This document shows positions 50,412-60,713 of a stretch of DNA of 64,000 nucleotides, in pieces. A program made the position numbers and the translations under genes. The first letter of the stretch is position 1; each line of letters starts with the position of its first letter. The stretch is from Leptolyngbyaceae cyanobacterium (GTDB taxonomy: Bacteria > Cyanobacteriota > Cyanobacteriia > Phormidesmidales > Phormidesmidaceae): the NCBI GenBank assembly GCA_965263355.1, contig CBDHHL010000032.1, positions 3,424,001 to 3,488,000 of the forward strand. The letters run 5' to 3'. The notes below the pieces were generated by a model. It searched no databases and was not told the DNA's origin. It worked only from the letters and a program-made list of their open reading frames with translations.

Positions 50412-51542
50412 ATGTCATCTCTGCCATCCCTATTTGTCTCCCACGGAGCACCCGATTTACCAATTCGGACAGGGTCAACCCAAACATTTCTGCAACAGTT
50501 GGCCAGCACAATGCCCACACCACAGGCCATCTTGATTATCTCGGCCCACTGGCTTACAGCTGTCCCTACCGTCAGCACCCACCCAAACCCTAAAACGGTC
50601 TATGACTTTGGCGGTTTTTCACCTGAGTTATATCAGCTTAGGTATCCAGCTGCTGGTGCTCCAGATGTCGCCAACCGGGTGGCAGAGTTACTTACCGCAG
50701 CCAACCTACCAGCCCAGACCAATGCTACTCGGGGATTTGATCACGGTATTTGGACTCCCTTGATCTTGATCTATCCAGATGCTGAAATACCGGTTGTCCA
50801 AATGTCACTCCAACCGACTCAAGGACCGGAATATCATCTAAAGCTCGGTCAACTATTAGCCCCATTGCGGTCAGAAGGCATTGCTGACACCAACTATACG
50901 GGTCGGGTCACCGTTCCTGTTCTTTGGGACAAAAAGACCCAGACCATTGTTAATAATGAGTCTCGTCAGATCATTCAAATGTTGAACTCAGAGTTTAATG
51001 AATTTGCAACATTTCCAGCACGAGACTTCTACCCTGAGAATTTACGCCCTGAAATTGATCGGGTGATGGATAGTATTTATCAGCCCATTAACAATGGTGT
51101 TTATCGGAGTGGGTTTGCTGCTTCCCAAACGGCTTATAACGCAGCCGTCACAGAACTATTCGCGGCCCTAGACCATTGGGAAGATATTTTAGCAAAACAG
51201 CGCTACCTATGCGGCGATCAGCTGACGTTAGCAGATTGGTGTTTATTTACTACCCTTTTTCGCTTTGATTTGGCTTATTACGGTTTGTTTAAGTGCAATC
51301 TCAAACGACTCGTTGACTATCCTAATCTGTGGGCCTATTGCCGCGAACTGTACCAACTAGAGAGAAACTGGTGCAACATCGACCATGTTAAACAGCTTTA
51401 CTATGCTGGTCTACCTGAACTTAATCCTGGTGGCATTATCCCGGTGGGGCCAAAAATTGATTTTGAGCAGGCCCATGGTCGCGAGAGTGATAAGTTCTCT
51501 GAAATCGGCAATTTACTGGCCGATTGTTTGGCCACTCAGTAG
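50412..51542 (+). CDS. In-frame chimera: N-terminal DODA/LigB-type extradiol dioxygenase fragment fused to C-terminal glutathionyl-hydroquinone reductase (YqjG/ECM4) fragment
   Basis: LFVSHGAP, ISAHW, RGFDHG, LRSEGI, then abruptly ADTNYTGRVTVPVLWDKK, NNESRQI, INNGVYRSGF, TLFRFD. Confidence 0.85.
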   Translation: MSSLPSLFVSHGAPDLPIRTGSTQTFLQQLASTMPTPQAILIISAHWLTAVPTVSTHPNPKTVYDFGGFSPELYQLRYPAAGAPDVANRVAELLTAANLPAQTNATRGFDHGIWTPLILIYPDAEIPVVQMSLQPTQGPEYHLKLGQLLAPLRSEGIADTNYTGRVTVPVLWDKKTQTIVNNESRQIIQMLNSEFNEFATFPARDFYPENLRPEIDRVMDSIYQPINNGVYRSGFAASQTAYNAAVTELFAALDHWEDILAKQRYLCGDQLTLADWCLFTTLFRFDLAYYGLFKCNLKRLVDYPNLWAYCRELYQLERNWCNIDHVKQLYYAGLPELNPGGIIPVGPKIDFEQAHGRESDKFSEIGNLLADCLATQ

Positions 51543-51811
51543 CCTAACCCCCAGGAATACTGAGTCTTATAGGGCACATTCAACGCATCCTCAATATCAC
51601 GGATTTTTGCCAAGAAACAACTTGGTAAATTTACTTAGAATCCGCATTTTTCTCTGACGGTTTATCTAAGCAGTCAAGACGGCTATTAAATTTTCTGGCC
51701 ACTGTACAAAGTTTTGAAGGTCCTCTTTCATCAGGCAGCATGAGCAACTGACTATGTGCAAACTTGTTGTATAGGGGGCGTTTTTGACCAGTCGCCACAA
51801 AATAATTAGCC

Positions 51812-53353
51812 ATGAAAAAAAATGAAGGTTTCAGGCGTTTAGCTCAAGCGTCTATTCTTAGTTCGACTATAGTGCTGGGTACCGTTGCCCCTGATGCTAA
51901 AGCACTCACAATCGTACGAAATTATATTGGTGGTACTCCTGGCGATGTAGCGGGAGGGGGTGATCTAGACACTATTTTTAATGCCGCCGCTGATCTATGG
52001 GAAGAGACTATTCAAGATGAGTATACACTTACGATCAACTATGGCTGGGCACCACGTTCAGGGAATACGTTAGCTAATATTTCACTCATACAATCTCCTA
52101 CCGTTCCTGTACGTGTTACATCAGGTACCGCGTTGTTTGACAATGACACATTTAGTTGGTTCGCTGATGCTACACCTTTCGACAATGTTGAGTATGGAAG
52201 TTTTATAGAATCCACACTTGACTTAGGCGGAGGTGCCATTAACCAACAACGGGACTATATAAACCCATCAGGAGATGCTATTGGGAGATTTGACCTGTTT
52301 ACAGTGGCACTTCATGAAATTGGTCATGGTGTGAACGTTTGGAGTGGTAATCCCATCTTTCAGGTTGATTCTGCACCAGATAGAGACTTAGATATTCCCG
52401 TTCCTTACCCGTTTGCTGGCTCGGAAATTCCTACTACAGATGTGGGCGGCGGGCATATTAATCTGTCATCCCCTGTTATGTATCCGTTTATCCCCTCAGG
52501 TCGACGTAAGCTGCTGACAGAAATTGACATTGTTTCAAGTGCCTACCTGAGTGATTTTCAATCCTTTAATCTCAATCCACAACAGCAAGAACCCGAAGCC
52601 CCTGAACCGCCATCAGGTGAACTCACGGAAAATGGTAGTTTTGAGCAGGGTACATTCGAAAGTTGGCAAACGATTGGTAATACTAGCCTGGAAACTGCAG
52701 CATTTGGGTTCCCTCCTACAGATGGGCAATTCCAGGCATTACTGTCTACAGACGGAACATTTGTCTCTGATACTGAGTTGGAAAGTTTTCTAGAACTATC
52801 CGATGGCCAATTAGATCAGCTCTCGGATCAATTATTAGGGTTCTATCCAGAGGAAGACCATCATCATGGCATTGAAGCTCTAGATATCGCTGATTCAGGG
52901 AATATTCTCGACTCTTTAGGGAATGGGAATGCTACCTTTGGTTCGGCCATCAAGCAAACGTTTACTGCCAATGTTGGAGATATTCTGTCATTTGACTGGA
53001 ACTTTTTGACCAACGAAGGAACACCCAGCATATTTAATGATTTTGGGTTTGTTTCTATTGGTCCATTGGAAACCTTGGCAGATACCAATGCAACGTTTGT
53101 AAATTCATTATCTGCCTTTGGAGAGGAAACGGGCTACCAAAAGTTCTCATTTGCATTACCAGAGACGGGTGAATACACCTTAGGTCTGGGTGTTGTTGAT
53201 GTGCAGGATAGTCTCGTTGCTTCTGGTTTATTGGTTGACAATGTTCGGCTAACTCGATCAAGGTCAGTACCGGAACCATCCATCATCTCTGCTCTAGCTG
53301 CGCTTGGCTTACTGGGTTTGGGCAAACGTATGCAGAAGCGTCGCTCAGTATAG
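51812..53353 (+). CDS. Secreted PEP-CTERM protein with zinc-metalloprotease (HExxH) domain
   Basis: Signal peptide, ALHEIGH, Met-turn-like VMYP, and C-terminal VPEPS + TM + basic tail. Confidence 0.85.
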   Translation: MKKNEGFRRLAQASILSSTIVLGTVAPDAKALTIVRNYIGGTPGDVAGGGDLDTIFNAAADLWEETIQDEYTLTINYGWAPRSGNTLANISLIQSPTVPVRVTSGTALFDNDTFSWFADATPFDNVEYGSFIESTLDLGGGAINQQRDYINPSGDAIGRFDLFTVALHEIGHGVNVWSGNPIFQVDSAPDRDLDIPVPYPFAGSEIPTTDVGGGHINLSSPVMYPFIPSGRRKLLTEIDIVSSAYLSDFQSFNLNPQQQEPEAPEPPSGELTENGSFEQGTFESWQTIGNTSLETAAFGFPPTDGQFQALLSTDGTFVSDTELESFLELSDGQLDQLSDQLLGFYPEEDHHHGIEALDIADSGNILDSLGNGNATFGSAIKQTFTANVGDILSFDWNFLTNEGTPSIFNDFGFVSIGPLETLADTNATFVNSLSAFGEETGYQKFSFALPETGEYTLGLGVVDVQDSLVASGLLVDNVRLTRSRSVPEPSIISALAALGLLGLGKRMQKRRSV

Positions 53354-53410
53354 TTTTCTTTTTGAGAATCTACTGCAAACGCCTACGAATAGAGGTCTAA
53401 GGGTGATCAT

Positions 53411-53437
53411 GGGGCATTCACAAGGGAATGCCCCTAC
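53411..53437. repeat. REP-like hairpin GGGGCATTC...GAATGCCCCTAC
   Basis: 9-bp arms ending in CTAC, between convergent genes. Confidence 0.55.
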
Positions 53438-53524
53438 AGACCGATGCATTTTATCGCGGTTAATGAGTTCGGATTTGCTATGAGACTTCTATTGACGTAA
53501 TAAAATGCTTTTTTAACAGATCTT

Positions 53525-54802
53525 TTATCCTTGACTGGCAGTAGCTTTCACGGCTTTTGCAGCCTCTTCTGGCTTACCTTCGGCGGGAAACACTAAGATA
53601 TTCTTGACCTTTGGATTATTAATTAGTGACTGCAGGCGGTGCAGCTGATTGTCAGCGATGGACACGCCACCATATTTTTCAACATAGGGCAGCTCTTCAG
53701 CAAAATTGTCGTCGTTATACACCTGAATAAAGGCTCGATCCACAGGCCAATTTTCCCAATCTGCTGCAAAATAGCGTTTGCCCCAGTAGGGATTATGGTG
53801 ACACAAGTCAAAACTTACGTTGGGGTTAGCCGCTTTCATATTGGCCTGGAGCTGCGTCACAAACTCTGTCAGTTCAGTGGTCCGATCTACCTTGCCGGGT
53901 AATTCGTCATGATAGCCCAGATAGTCATCCCACTGCACTGCGTCAATCTCTGGGTAGCGGGTGACAAATTCTGCTAAGACCTGCTTAAAAAACTGGGCCA
54001 TCTCTGGATTTTCCACATCCAGCACATAGTGATCTATCCCAGGATAGGTTTTATCCACACCAGGGACTATCCAGCGTTGCTTGATGGCCTGGTCAAAAAT
54101 CGGGCTGTTTTCATCTAGCTTAATGCCCTTTTCAAAGTAGGCATGAACTTCCATCCCCTGCTTATGGGCTTCGTCAATCAGCCAGTCTAGCCATGGATCT
54201 TGAAATTTGTTGGGACAGCTTTGATAGCCAAATGTTTTCTGCATCACCTCACTATTGTACATGGTGCATCCATTGCCCCAGACACCGTGGATGATGGTAT
54301 TAATGCCCTGATCGCGATAGTAGCGGACGCGATCGCGAATCATTTGTTCACTGGCATTATTGGTAATCTGATACCGGCTCAGATAAATTCCTCGGATCTG
54401 CTTTTGCTGCCAGGGGTTTGACGCATTGCGCGAAGCAGCAGGCTTAATATCAACTGTTTCAGGCTGTACAGGTGCAGTCTTTACCGAAGTAGTTGTTGGC
54501 TCGGGAACTGGCTCGGAAACAGCATCAGCCTGAGATGCCGTAGAAAATGTAGGCGTAATGGGATAACTGGGTTCAGTCACAGGAGCCTGAGCTGCACCAG
54601 GCTGACCAATAGTGCCCTCCTCCTGCTCTGACCAGGGTAGGGCTTCAGCAATATTGTCAGGCAATGCATTGGTAAAGGAACCTGTCAAACTATTGAAATC
54701 AATCTGGCGACTGCCCCAATAGCCCACACCAAGTAACACCAAAATAAGTGAAATAGGAATACTGGTACAGCCACAGCCAGTTGCTTTTTGCTTCGATGCC
54801 AT
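53525..54802 (-). CDS. Glycoside hydrolase family 10-like (GHL10) protein with N-terminal membrane anchor
   Basis: IRGIYL, EAHKQGMEVHAYFE, IDAVQWDDY. Confidence 0.82.
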   Translation of the reverse strand: MASKQKATGCGCTSIPISLILVLLGVGYWGSRQIDFNSLTGSFTNALPDNIAEALPWSEQEEGTIGQPGAAQAPVTEPSYPITPTFSTASQADAVSEPVPEPTTTSVKTAPVQPETVDIKPAASRNASNPWQQKQIRGIYLSRYQITNNASEQMIRDRVRYYRDQGINTIIHGVWGNGCTMYNSEVMQKTFGYQSCPNKFQDPWLDWLIDEAHKQGMEVHAYFEKGIKLDENSPIFDQAIKQRWIVPGVDKTYPGIDHYVLDVENPEMAQFFKQVLAEFVTRYPEIDAVQWDDYLGYHDELPGKVDRTTELTEFVTQLQANMKAANPNVSFDLCHHNPYWGKRYFAADWENWPVDRAFIQVYNDDNFAEELPYVEKYGGVSIADNQLHRLQSLINNPKVKNILVFPAEGKPEEAAKAVKATASQG

Positions 54803-54909
54803 AGTTATAGGAATAGTGACGACCGTATCATCGTGTCTACACCTATATATTTCACGGTAACGTTAAATCATTTCGTATGGTTGGTTGTTCGGTTATTGCC
54901 ATTGGTTAT

Positions 54910-54984
54910 TAAACCTTGTCCACGTCCAGAACTGTAGTTTTGCCGTAGAGGAAATGACTCTGGGTGCAACTTGGATGTGATTTA
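54910..54984 (-). mobile_element. MITE-like short element, copy 3 (inverted)
   Basis: TAAACCTTGTCCACGTCCAG ... CAACTTGGATGTGATTTA matches the reverse complement of the 27518 element ends. Confidence 0.65.
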
Positions 54985-55084
54985 TTATTCAATGCGTTTT
55001 GAGACGTGTGGTGAATAACAGAACTGAGGGTGCCTTTGGGATAGGTTAAGGATAAGTCTGCCTATCTATTGACAAAAAATCCCT

Positions 55085-55525
55085 ATGACAACAAATGACA
55101 AAGTGGAAGTTGCGATCGCAATCATTCATCAGAATGGCAAATTTCTCATGCAGCTCCGAGATGATTTTCCCAACATTCTGTTTCCTGGCCACTGGGGTTT
55201 TTTTGGCGGGCATATAGAACCCGGTGAAGATGCTGAAACCGGAATGCGACGAGAACTCCATGAGGAGATCGGCCACGTCCCTACAACAATCACCTTATTT
55301 CAAAGAACCGAAGATACAAAGGTTATTCGCCACTTCTACCAGGCCGAATTGACTGTCCCCATCTCAGACCTGGAACTCAATGAAGGGCAAGATATAGACT
55401 TATGTAGCATTGAGGATATCCAACGTGGCTATAAATACTCCTCTAAATTAGGTGAAGACAGACCGTTGGGCAGCCCCCACCAACAAGCCCTACTGGCATT
55501 TATCGCTCATCATACCAAGGCTTAG
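55085..55525 (+). CDS. NUDIX hydrolase
   Basis: Nudix box GGHIEPGE....GMRRELHEEIG. Confidence 0.93.
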   Translation: MTTNDKVEVAIAIIHQNGKFLMQLRDDFPNILFPGHWGFFGGHIEPGEDAETGMRRELHEEIGHVPTTITLFQRTEDTKVIRHFYQAELTVPISDLELNEGQDIDLCSIEDIQRGYKYSSKLGEDRPLGSPHQQALLAFIAHHTKA

Positions 55526-55683
55526 GGCACAGGATTGAGCGGGAAGTGGGGGTATTGAACACCGAACACCATTCTGTTGATGGAGGTGACATCGGCCAAC
55601 AACCCTAAAAACAAAACCATAATTTAACCAGACCCCACCAAGATGCTTTACCCTGTGAAGAGCGCAAAAATCGATAAACGACT

Positions 55684-57342
55684 ATGGCCGAAGTGCCACC
55701 CAAAACTCAACCCAACCCTGTATCAACGTCGGATGACGCTCCACCGGTTCGAGCACAAGCTGGACCACCAAAGTTACGCCCCTATCAGGTAGACCTGGTC
55801 AACGCCCTGTACCGTAAACTCAACGAAGGCCACAGCCGCATTGCCATTATTGCTGGTACAGGTGCAGGCAAAACCATCATCAGTGGTCAAATCTGTGCCC
55901 ATGCTGAATCAGCCGGTCGCAGACTGATGTTTCTCGTACACTTAGACGTTCTGGTGGGGCAAACCTATGAAAAAATGCAGTCCTTTGGCCTGGACTGCGG
56001 TTTTATTAAAGCTGGCTGGCCTGAAAATCCCGATGCCCCTATCCAAATCGCCAGTATTCAAACCATGGCCAAGCGTCGCTGGTGGAAAACCTGGCCCGCT
56101 GATGTCGTGTTCTACGATGAAGGCCACATTACGATGTTTAGCCAAATTGGTAAACAGGTAATGAACAAAACCCATCCAAATGCGGTACACCTGGTGATGA
56201 CCGCTACACCGCTACGTTTGGGGCGAGAACAGCTGGGGGACGTGCTAGATACGCTGGTGGCTTCGCCAGTCCCCAGTGAACTACAACAGATGGGCTATCT
56301 AGCTCCCCTGAAGTATTTCAGCATGCCCATGGATAGTATGGCTAACCTGGAAAAAGTAGGGACTAAGGGCGGTGACTATGATGAGAAAGATTTGAAAACA
56401 GCTTGCGATCGCCCCGAACTGGTAGAGCGCATTGTCGAAGAATGGCAACGGCTAGTACCTGGCAAACGCACCATTGCCTTCTGTGTCGATGTGGAACATG
56501 CCCGTAATGTGGCAAAAGAGTTTCGCAAAGCTGGGATTACCGCTGACACTGTCGACGGCAACACCCCCATCAAAGAACGAAAGCGACTTTATGAAGCCCT
56601 AGGCAATGCAGAATTGCTGGTGCTCACCTCCTGCAACGTGATTAGCATTGGCTTTGACGAACCCAGTGTTGAAGTGGGTTTGATGCTACGTCCAACCAAG
56701 TCCAGTGCTCTACACTTTCAACAGCTGGGTCGAGTCATGCGGATTTCTCCCCATACCGGTAAACACTATGGCATTATCCTGGACCAGGCAGGCAATTTAG
56801 AACGACTCGGGTTTCCCGAAGATATTCGAGAATATACCCTACCTACCCGCAGTCAGTCGTCCGGCCAAGGTGGGCCTGCACCGACAAAGCCCTGTCCGAC
56901 CTGTGGTTTAATTGTGTATTCCTTTATCGTAAAATGTCCTGAATGCGGCCATCAGTGGGTCAGCGATCGCCCCATTTTATTAGAAGATATGGTGCAGATT
57001 TACTCGTCTCAGCAAGCTCACCAAATCAATGACATTCCTACCCTGGTTCAGCTATTCCATGGCCATCGACGGCGGGCATTTAAGGGAAACTATGCCCCCA
57101 CCTGGGCGGAGCGCTCCTTCTTCGAACATACGGGACGTAAAGCCCAAACAGAATGGTGTCGTGGGTCGATTTATGGCCATCGTCCTAGCTGGGAACAACA
57201 GCTCACCATTCTCGACTATCTGCGTAAAAGTGCACGACGGTTAGGCCGACGGGATGACTGGGTGGCCCACGAGTTCGAAAAAGAAGTCGGTCCTGGCAGT
57301 TGGAAACAATTAGCTATTCATGAAGGTATCGCCCAGGCTTAA
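55684..57342 (+). CDS. SF2 DExH helicase with C-terminal Zn ribbon (RadD/YejH-like)
   Basis: LRPYQ, GTGAGKT, DEGH, TATP, QQLGRVMR, CPTC..CPEC. Confidence 0.9.
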   Translation: MAEVPPKTQPNPVSTSDDAPPVRAQAGPPKLRPYQVDLVNALYRKLNEGHSRIAIIAGTGAGKTIISGQICAHAESAGRRLMFLVHLDVLVGQTYEKMQSFGLDCGFIKAGWPENPDAPIQIASIQTMAKRRWWKTWPADVVFYDEGHITMFSQIGKQVMNKTHPNAVHLVMTATPLRLGREQLGDVLDTLVASPVPSELQQMGYLAPLKYFSMPMDSMANLEKVGTKGGDYDEKDLKTACDRPELVERIVEEWQRLVPGKRTIAFCVDVEHARNVAKEFRKAGITADTVDGNTPIKERKRLYEALGNAELLVLTSCNVISIGFDEPSVEVGLMLRPTKSSALHFQQLGRVMRISPHTGKHYGIILDQAGNLERLGFPEDIREYTLPTRSQSSGQGGPAPTKPCPTCGLIVYSFIVKCPECGHQWVSDRPILLEDMVQIYSSQQAHQINDIPTLVQLFHGHRRRAFKGNYAPTWAERSFFEHTGRKAQTEWCRGSIYGHRPSWEQQLTILDYLRKSARRLGRRDDWVAHEFEKEVGPGSWKQLAIHEGIAQA

Positions 57343-57782
57343 ATCACCCCATAGCTCTATCATGAGGCATGCTCCCATCACGCCCCTCTCAGGGTACGGC
57401 GGGGGCAATTAGGTATATCCTGAAGTGTATATCCTGAAATGGTTTCTGTAAAAGATTTAAGGTGGTGAGACTGCAATCATGACATTATTGCTTAACAAGT
57501 CCTAGGTCACAGCCAAAGCTCCTTCCAAACAAGGGCCAAACGACTGACTAGCTAAAGCAATTTAGCTGAAGTTAGGCTATGACAATTCAACCTCTGGAAA
57601 GCGCAATATATCTATCTTTCAGGAAGAGTATATCTTGAAGAAACTGGGACATTCAAGTTCATTCCGGATTCTACCGTATAACTATAGCTGTATAAAAAGT
57701 AATCCTCTGTTCCAGCCCCCTTGCTCATCCTCTCTGACTCCGCCTACTGCTTTCTAAGCATACGACAACACTTTTTAGAACA

Positions 57783-58664
57783 ATGAAATTTCCTCTTCCC
57801 AAGCAGTCGAGTATTTCCAGCCGTCTGGCCCTCGGTTCTCTCCTGGCGACAACAACAGTTGGTATCGCCTTAGGATCAACTATAGCAGTTGACTCTGCTA
57901 CCCAGCGTGCACTCCATATACAACGCTTGTCGGGCAGGGTTACAACGTTGGCAGGCGGTAGAAAAAACGCTCAACTGGGCGATCGTCTCACGACCGCAGG
58001 CCATGGCATTATTACGGGCCGACGTTCTAGCGCCAATCTATCAATTGATGGTGGTAGTGGCTCTATCGCGGTAGCTCAAAATACCCGTATGACGGTCCAG
58101 CAACTCTCCGTCTCATCGACTGGGGGGTACGTTACTGTTCTCGATGTACCACGGGGACAAGCACGGGTCCAGGTGCCTCCCTTTACCAATCCTAGCTCTC
58201 GCTTAGAACTTCACACACCCAGTGGTGTAACAGCCGTTCGGGGGACCACTTTTGGTGTGTCAGTCTCAGAAGAGGGCAAGACTAGTGTGGCCACAGTCGA
58301 AGGCAAAGTAGATGCCATTGCCCAGTCTGTTACCGTACCGGTAGAGGCTGGGATGGTCTCGATTATTCGTCCAGGGGAAACCCCCACCCCTGCACAACCC
58401 TTGGATAGAGAACTCGATATCCAATGGACCGCCTATGAGTGGCGAGACAATCAACTACTGCATATTGAAGGGAAAATTAATCCTGCCAATGCTTTATTGG
58501 TGGCAGACGAGGAAATTACCACGGATCGTACCGGTTACTTTAAGACTGATATTTCCTTAAAGAAGCGCACTCATCTAGTCATTGCCACCGTCAAGAACCC
58601 GATGGGAGAAACACGGCATCATCGTCTATTTCGTTGGCTCGCTCATCGGGATTCTAGTTCATAG
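57783..58664 (+). CDS. FecR-domain periplasmic protein
   Basis: Signal/TM, TPSGVTAVRGT.F.V, V.EGKV motifs. Confidence 0.85.
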   Translation: MKFPLPKQSSISSRLALGSLLATTTVGIALGSTIAVDSATQRALHIQRLSGRVTTLAGGRKNAQLGDRLTTAGHGIITGRRSSANLSIDGGSGSIAVAQNTRMTVQQLSVSSTGGYVTVLDVPRGQARVQVPPFTNPSSRLELHTPSGVTAVRGTTFGVSVSEEGKTSVATVEGKVDAIAQSVTVPVEAGMVSIIRPGETPTPAQPLDRELDIQWTAYEWRDNQLLHIEGKINPANALLVADEEITTDRTGYFKTDISLKKRTHLVIATVKNPMGETRHHRLFRWLAHRDSSS

Positions 58665-58716
58665 TAAAGGGAGGAACATAGGCATGAGTAGCAGAGATAG
58701 TTGGGGCAGGTAGGTT

Positions 58717-60663
58717 ATGGGACAGTGGCTGAAACCATTTAGAAATAAGGATCGAGCTGTGCGATCGCAAAAGCAGTGGCTCGATATGTTTCTAGGTCCT
58801 GGTCTAGCAGCAGCGGGGCTGGGCATGGCCCTCACCCTCTTGGGTGTCTGGAATCCACTGGAGCGCAGTGTCTACAACCGACTATTTTATACCCGTGAAC
58901 AACTCCATCCCCTAACATGGGACGATACCATCGTAGTTGTTGCCATTGATGAGATCAGTTTAGGACAATACGGCAGCTACCCCTGGAAACGGGATATCTA
59001 CGCTGATTTGCTGTATCAGCTTGCACTTGTGCAACCAGCAGCGGTCGGGTTCGACATTCTGATGCCTGAGACGACGCCAGAAGATGCAGAATTTGCCGAA
59101 GCTCTCACCTTTAACCCCAACGTTGTCCTGGCCGTTGGGGGCGACAGTCAAGGAAATTTTATCAATATTGCTAACACCATTGACCAGCAAGCCAAGGGTG
59201 CCTTCACGACCGGTCATGTAAAACACATTACCGATGTCGATAGTATTAGTCGTCGTGCATTTCTCTACGAACGACAAGATGGTCAGGTTGCCGATAGTCT
59301 AGCCATTGCCCTCATAAGGCAATATCAAACCAGCTTAGAAAACACACTAAACCCTAATCTGACCAACAACTTAGAGACCCTGACAGCACTGCTAAAGAGA
59401 CTAGAAAAATTTGACCAAAACAACCCCATCTGGATTAACTGGCCAGGACCTATACATCCAAACCAATCAGGCCCTTTAAACCAGAATAGCAATCAACACG
59501 ATGGCGTCACCACCTTGTCGTTTCAAGCGGTGATGAACAACGATAATATATTGGATCAGTTACAAAATAAAATTATATTAATAGGCTACACCGCAACAGG
59601 CGTGGTCGGAAATGCAGAAGATCCGCTTAAAACACCCTTTTCAAGAACCATCCCCGATTCCGGCGTCTTTCTGCATGCAGCCATCCTAGACAACCTGCTC
59701 AACAATCGTTTTCTCAAGGTTCTTCCCCAATACTGGACCTTCGCCCTCGTGATCTTAAGTGGTTTTGGTAGTAGCTTAGTTCTCCGACCTCTCAAATTAA
59801 GAGGTCGTTTAATCTTCTTAGTTGCCTTAATTCCAGTTTGGTTTGCAGTCACCTACGGATGTTTCGTGACAGCCAATCTTCTGATCCCAATGGCCGCCCC
59901 CATTGGCACCACTCTGTTGGGCATGATGCTCTTTCAAATCGCCGAGCAGCGGGAGCGTCAGGCCCTTACCGATCTCTTTGCCATTAGCCTCTCTCCTGAA
60001 ATGGCTGATTTTGTTTGGCAACATAAGGACGAACTACTCATAGAGGGACAAATTCATGCTCAAGAGCTAACTGCAACCGTTCTGTTCACCGACATTCGAG
60101 GGTTTACATCGATCACCGAGAAACTGCCCTCAAAGGATTTACTGACCTGGCTTAATCGTTACTTTGAGGTGATGACCGAGTGCATTATGGACAATGGTGG
60201 AGTCGTCGATAAATATATCGGTGATGCCATTATGGCCGCCTTTGGTTCCCCTGTTGCCCGCATTAATGAACAAGGTATTCAGGCCGATGCCATTGCTGCT
60301 GTGCGCGCCAGTATAGCAATGCTAGAACGGCTAGAAGATTTGAATAAAGAGTTTATTGCCAGCGGCCTTCCCACCGTAAAATTTGGCGTGGGGCTACACA
60401 CAGGTTCTTTGGTAGCTGGGACCGTTGGCGGTCGTAACCGGGCTAGTTATTCCATGTTTGGTGATACGGTCAACATCGCTGCCCGTCTACAGGATATGAC
60501 CAAAAAACTGACACAACACTCTCCATATCCTATTTTAATGAGTGAAACGACCTATCAATATGTCAGGGAAGAGTATCAAATTGTTGCGGAAAAGGCGCAA
60601 ATTCAATTGCGGGGACGCACAGCCCAAACCACCGTATATACCTTGAGCAAAGTAAGCGCTTAA
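58717..60663 (+). CDS. CHASE2-domain class III adenylate cyclase
   Basis: VAIDE..L...G.YPW.R CHASE2 domain, 3 TM, FTDIRGFT, DKYIGDAIMA, GDTVNIAARL. Confidence 0.93.
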   Translation: MGQWLKPFRNKDRAVRSQKQWLDMFLGPGLAAAGLGMALTLLGVWNPLERSVYNRLFYTREQLHPLTWDDTIVVVAIDEISLGQYGSYPWKRDIYADLLYQLALVQPAAVGFDILMPETTPEDAEFAEALTFNPNVVLAVGGDSQGNFINIANTIDQQAKGAFTTGHVKHITDVDSISRRAFLYERQDGQVADSLAIALIRQYQTSLENTLNPNLTNNLETLTALLKRLEKFDQNNPIWINWPGPIHPNQSGPLNQNSNQHDGVTTLSFQAVMNNDNILDQLQNKIILIGYTATGVVGNAEDPLKTPFSRTIPDSGVFLHAAILDNLLNNRFLKVLPQYWTFALVILSGFGSSLVLRPLKLRGRLIFLVALIPVWFAVTYGCFVTANLLIPMAAPIGTTLLGMMLFQIAEQRERQALTDLFAISLSPEMADFVWQHKDELLIEGQIHAQELTATVLFTDIRGFTSITEKLPSKDLLTWLNRYFEVMTECIMDNGGVVDKYIGDAIMAAFGSPVARINEQGIQADAIAAVRASIAMLERLEDLNKEFIASGLPTVKFGVGLHTGSLVAGTVGGRNRASYSMFGDTVNIAARLQDMTKKLTQHSPYPILMSETTYQYVREEYQIVAEKAQIQLRGRTAQTTVYTLSKVSA

Positions 60664-60713
60664 TTTACCATAGGGTAAAGATTCAGGGGTTCAAGTCTCC
60701 TTGAGGGATCAAT

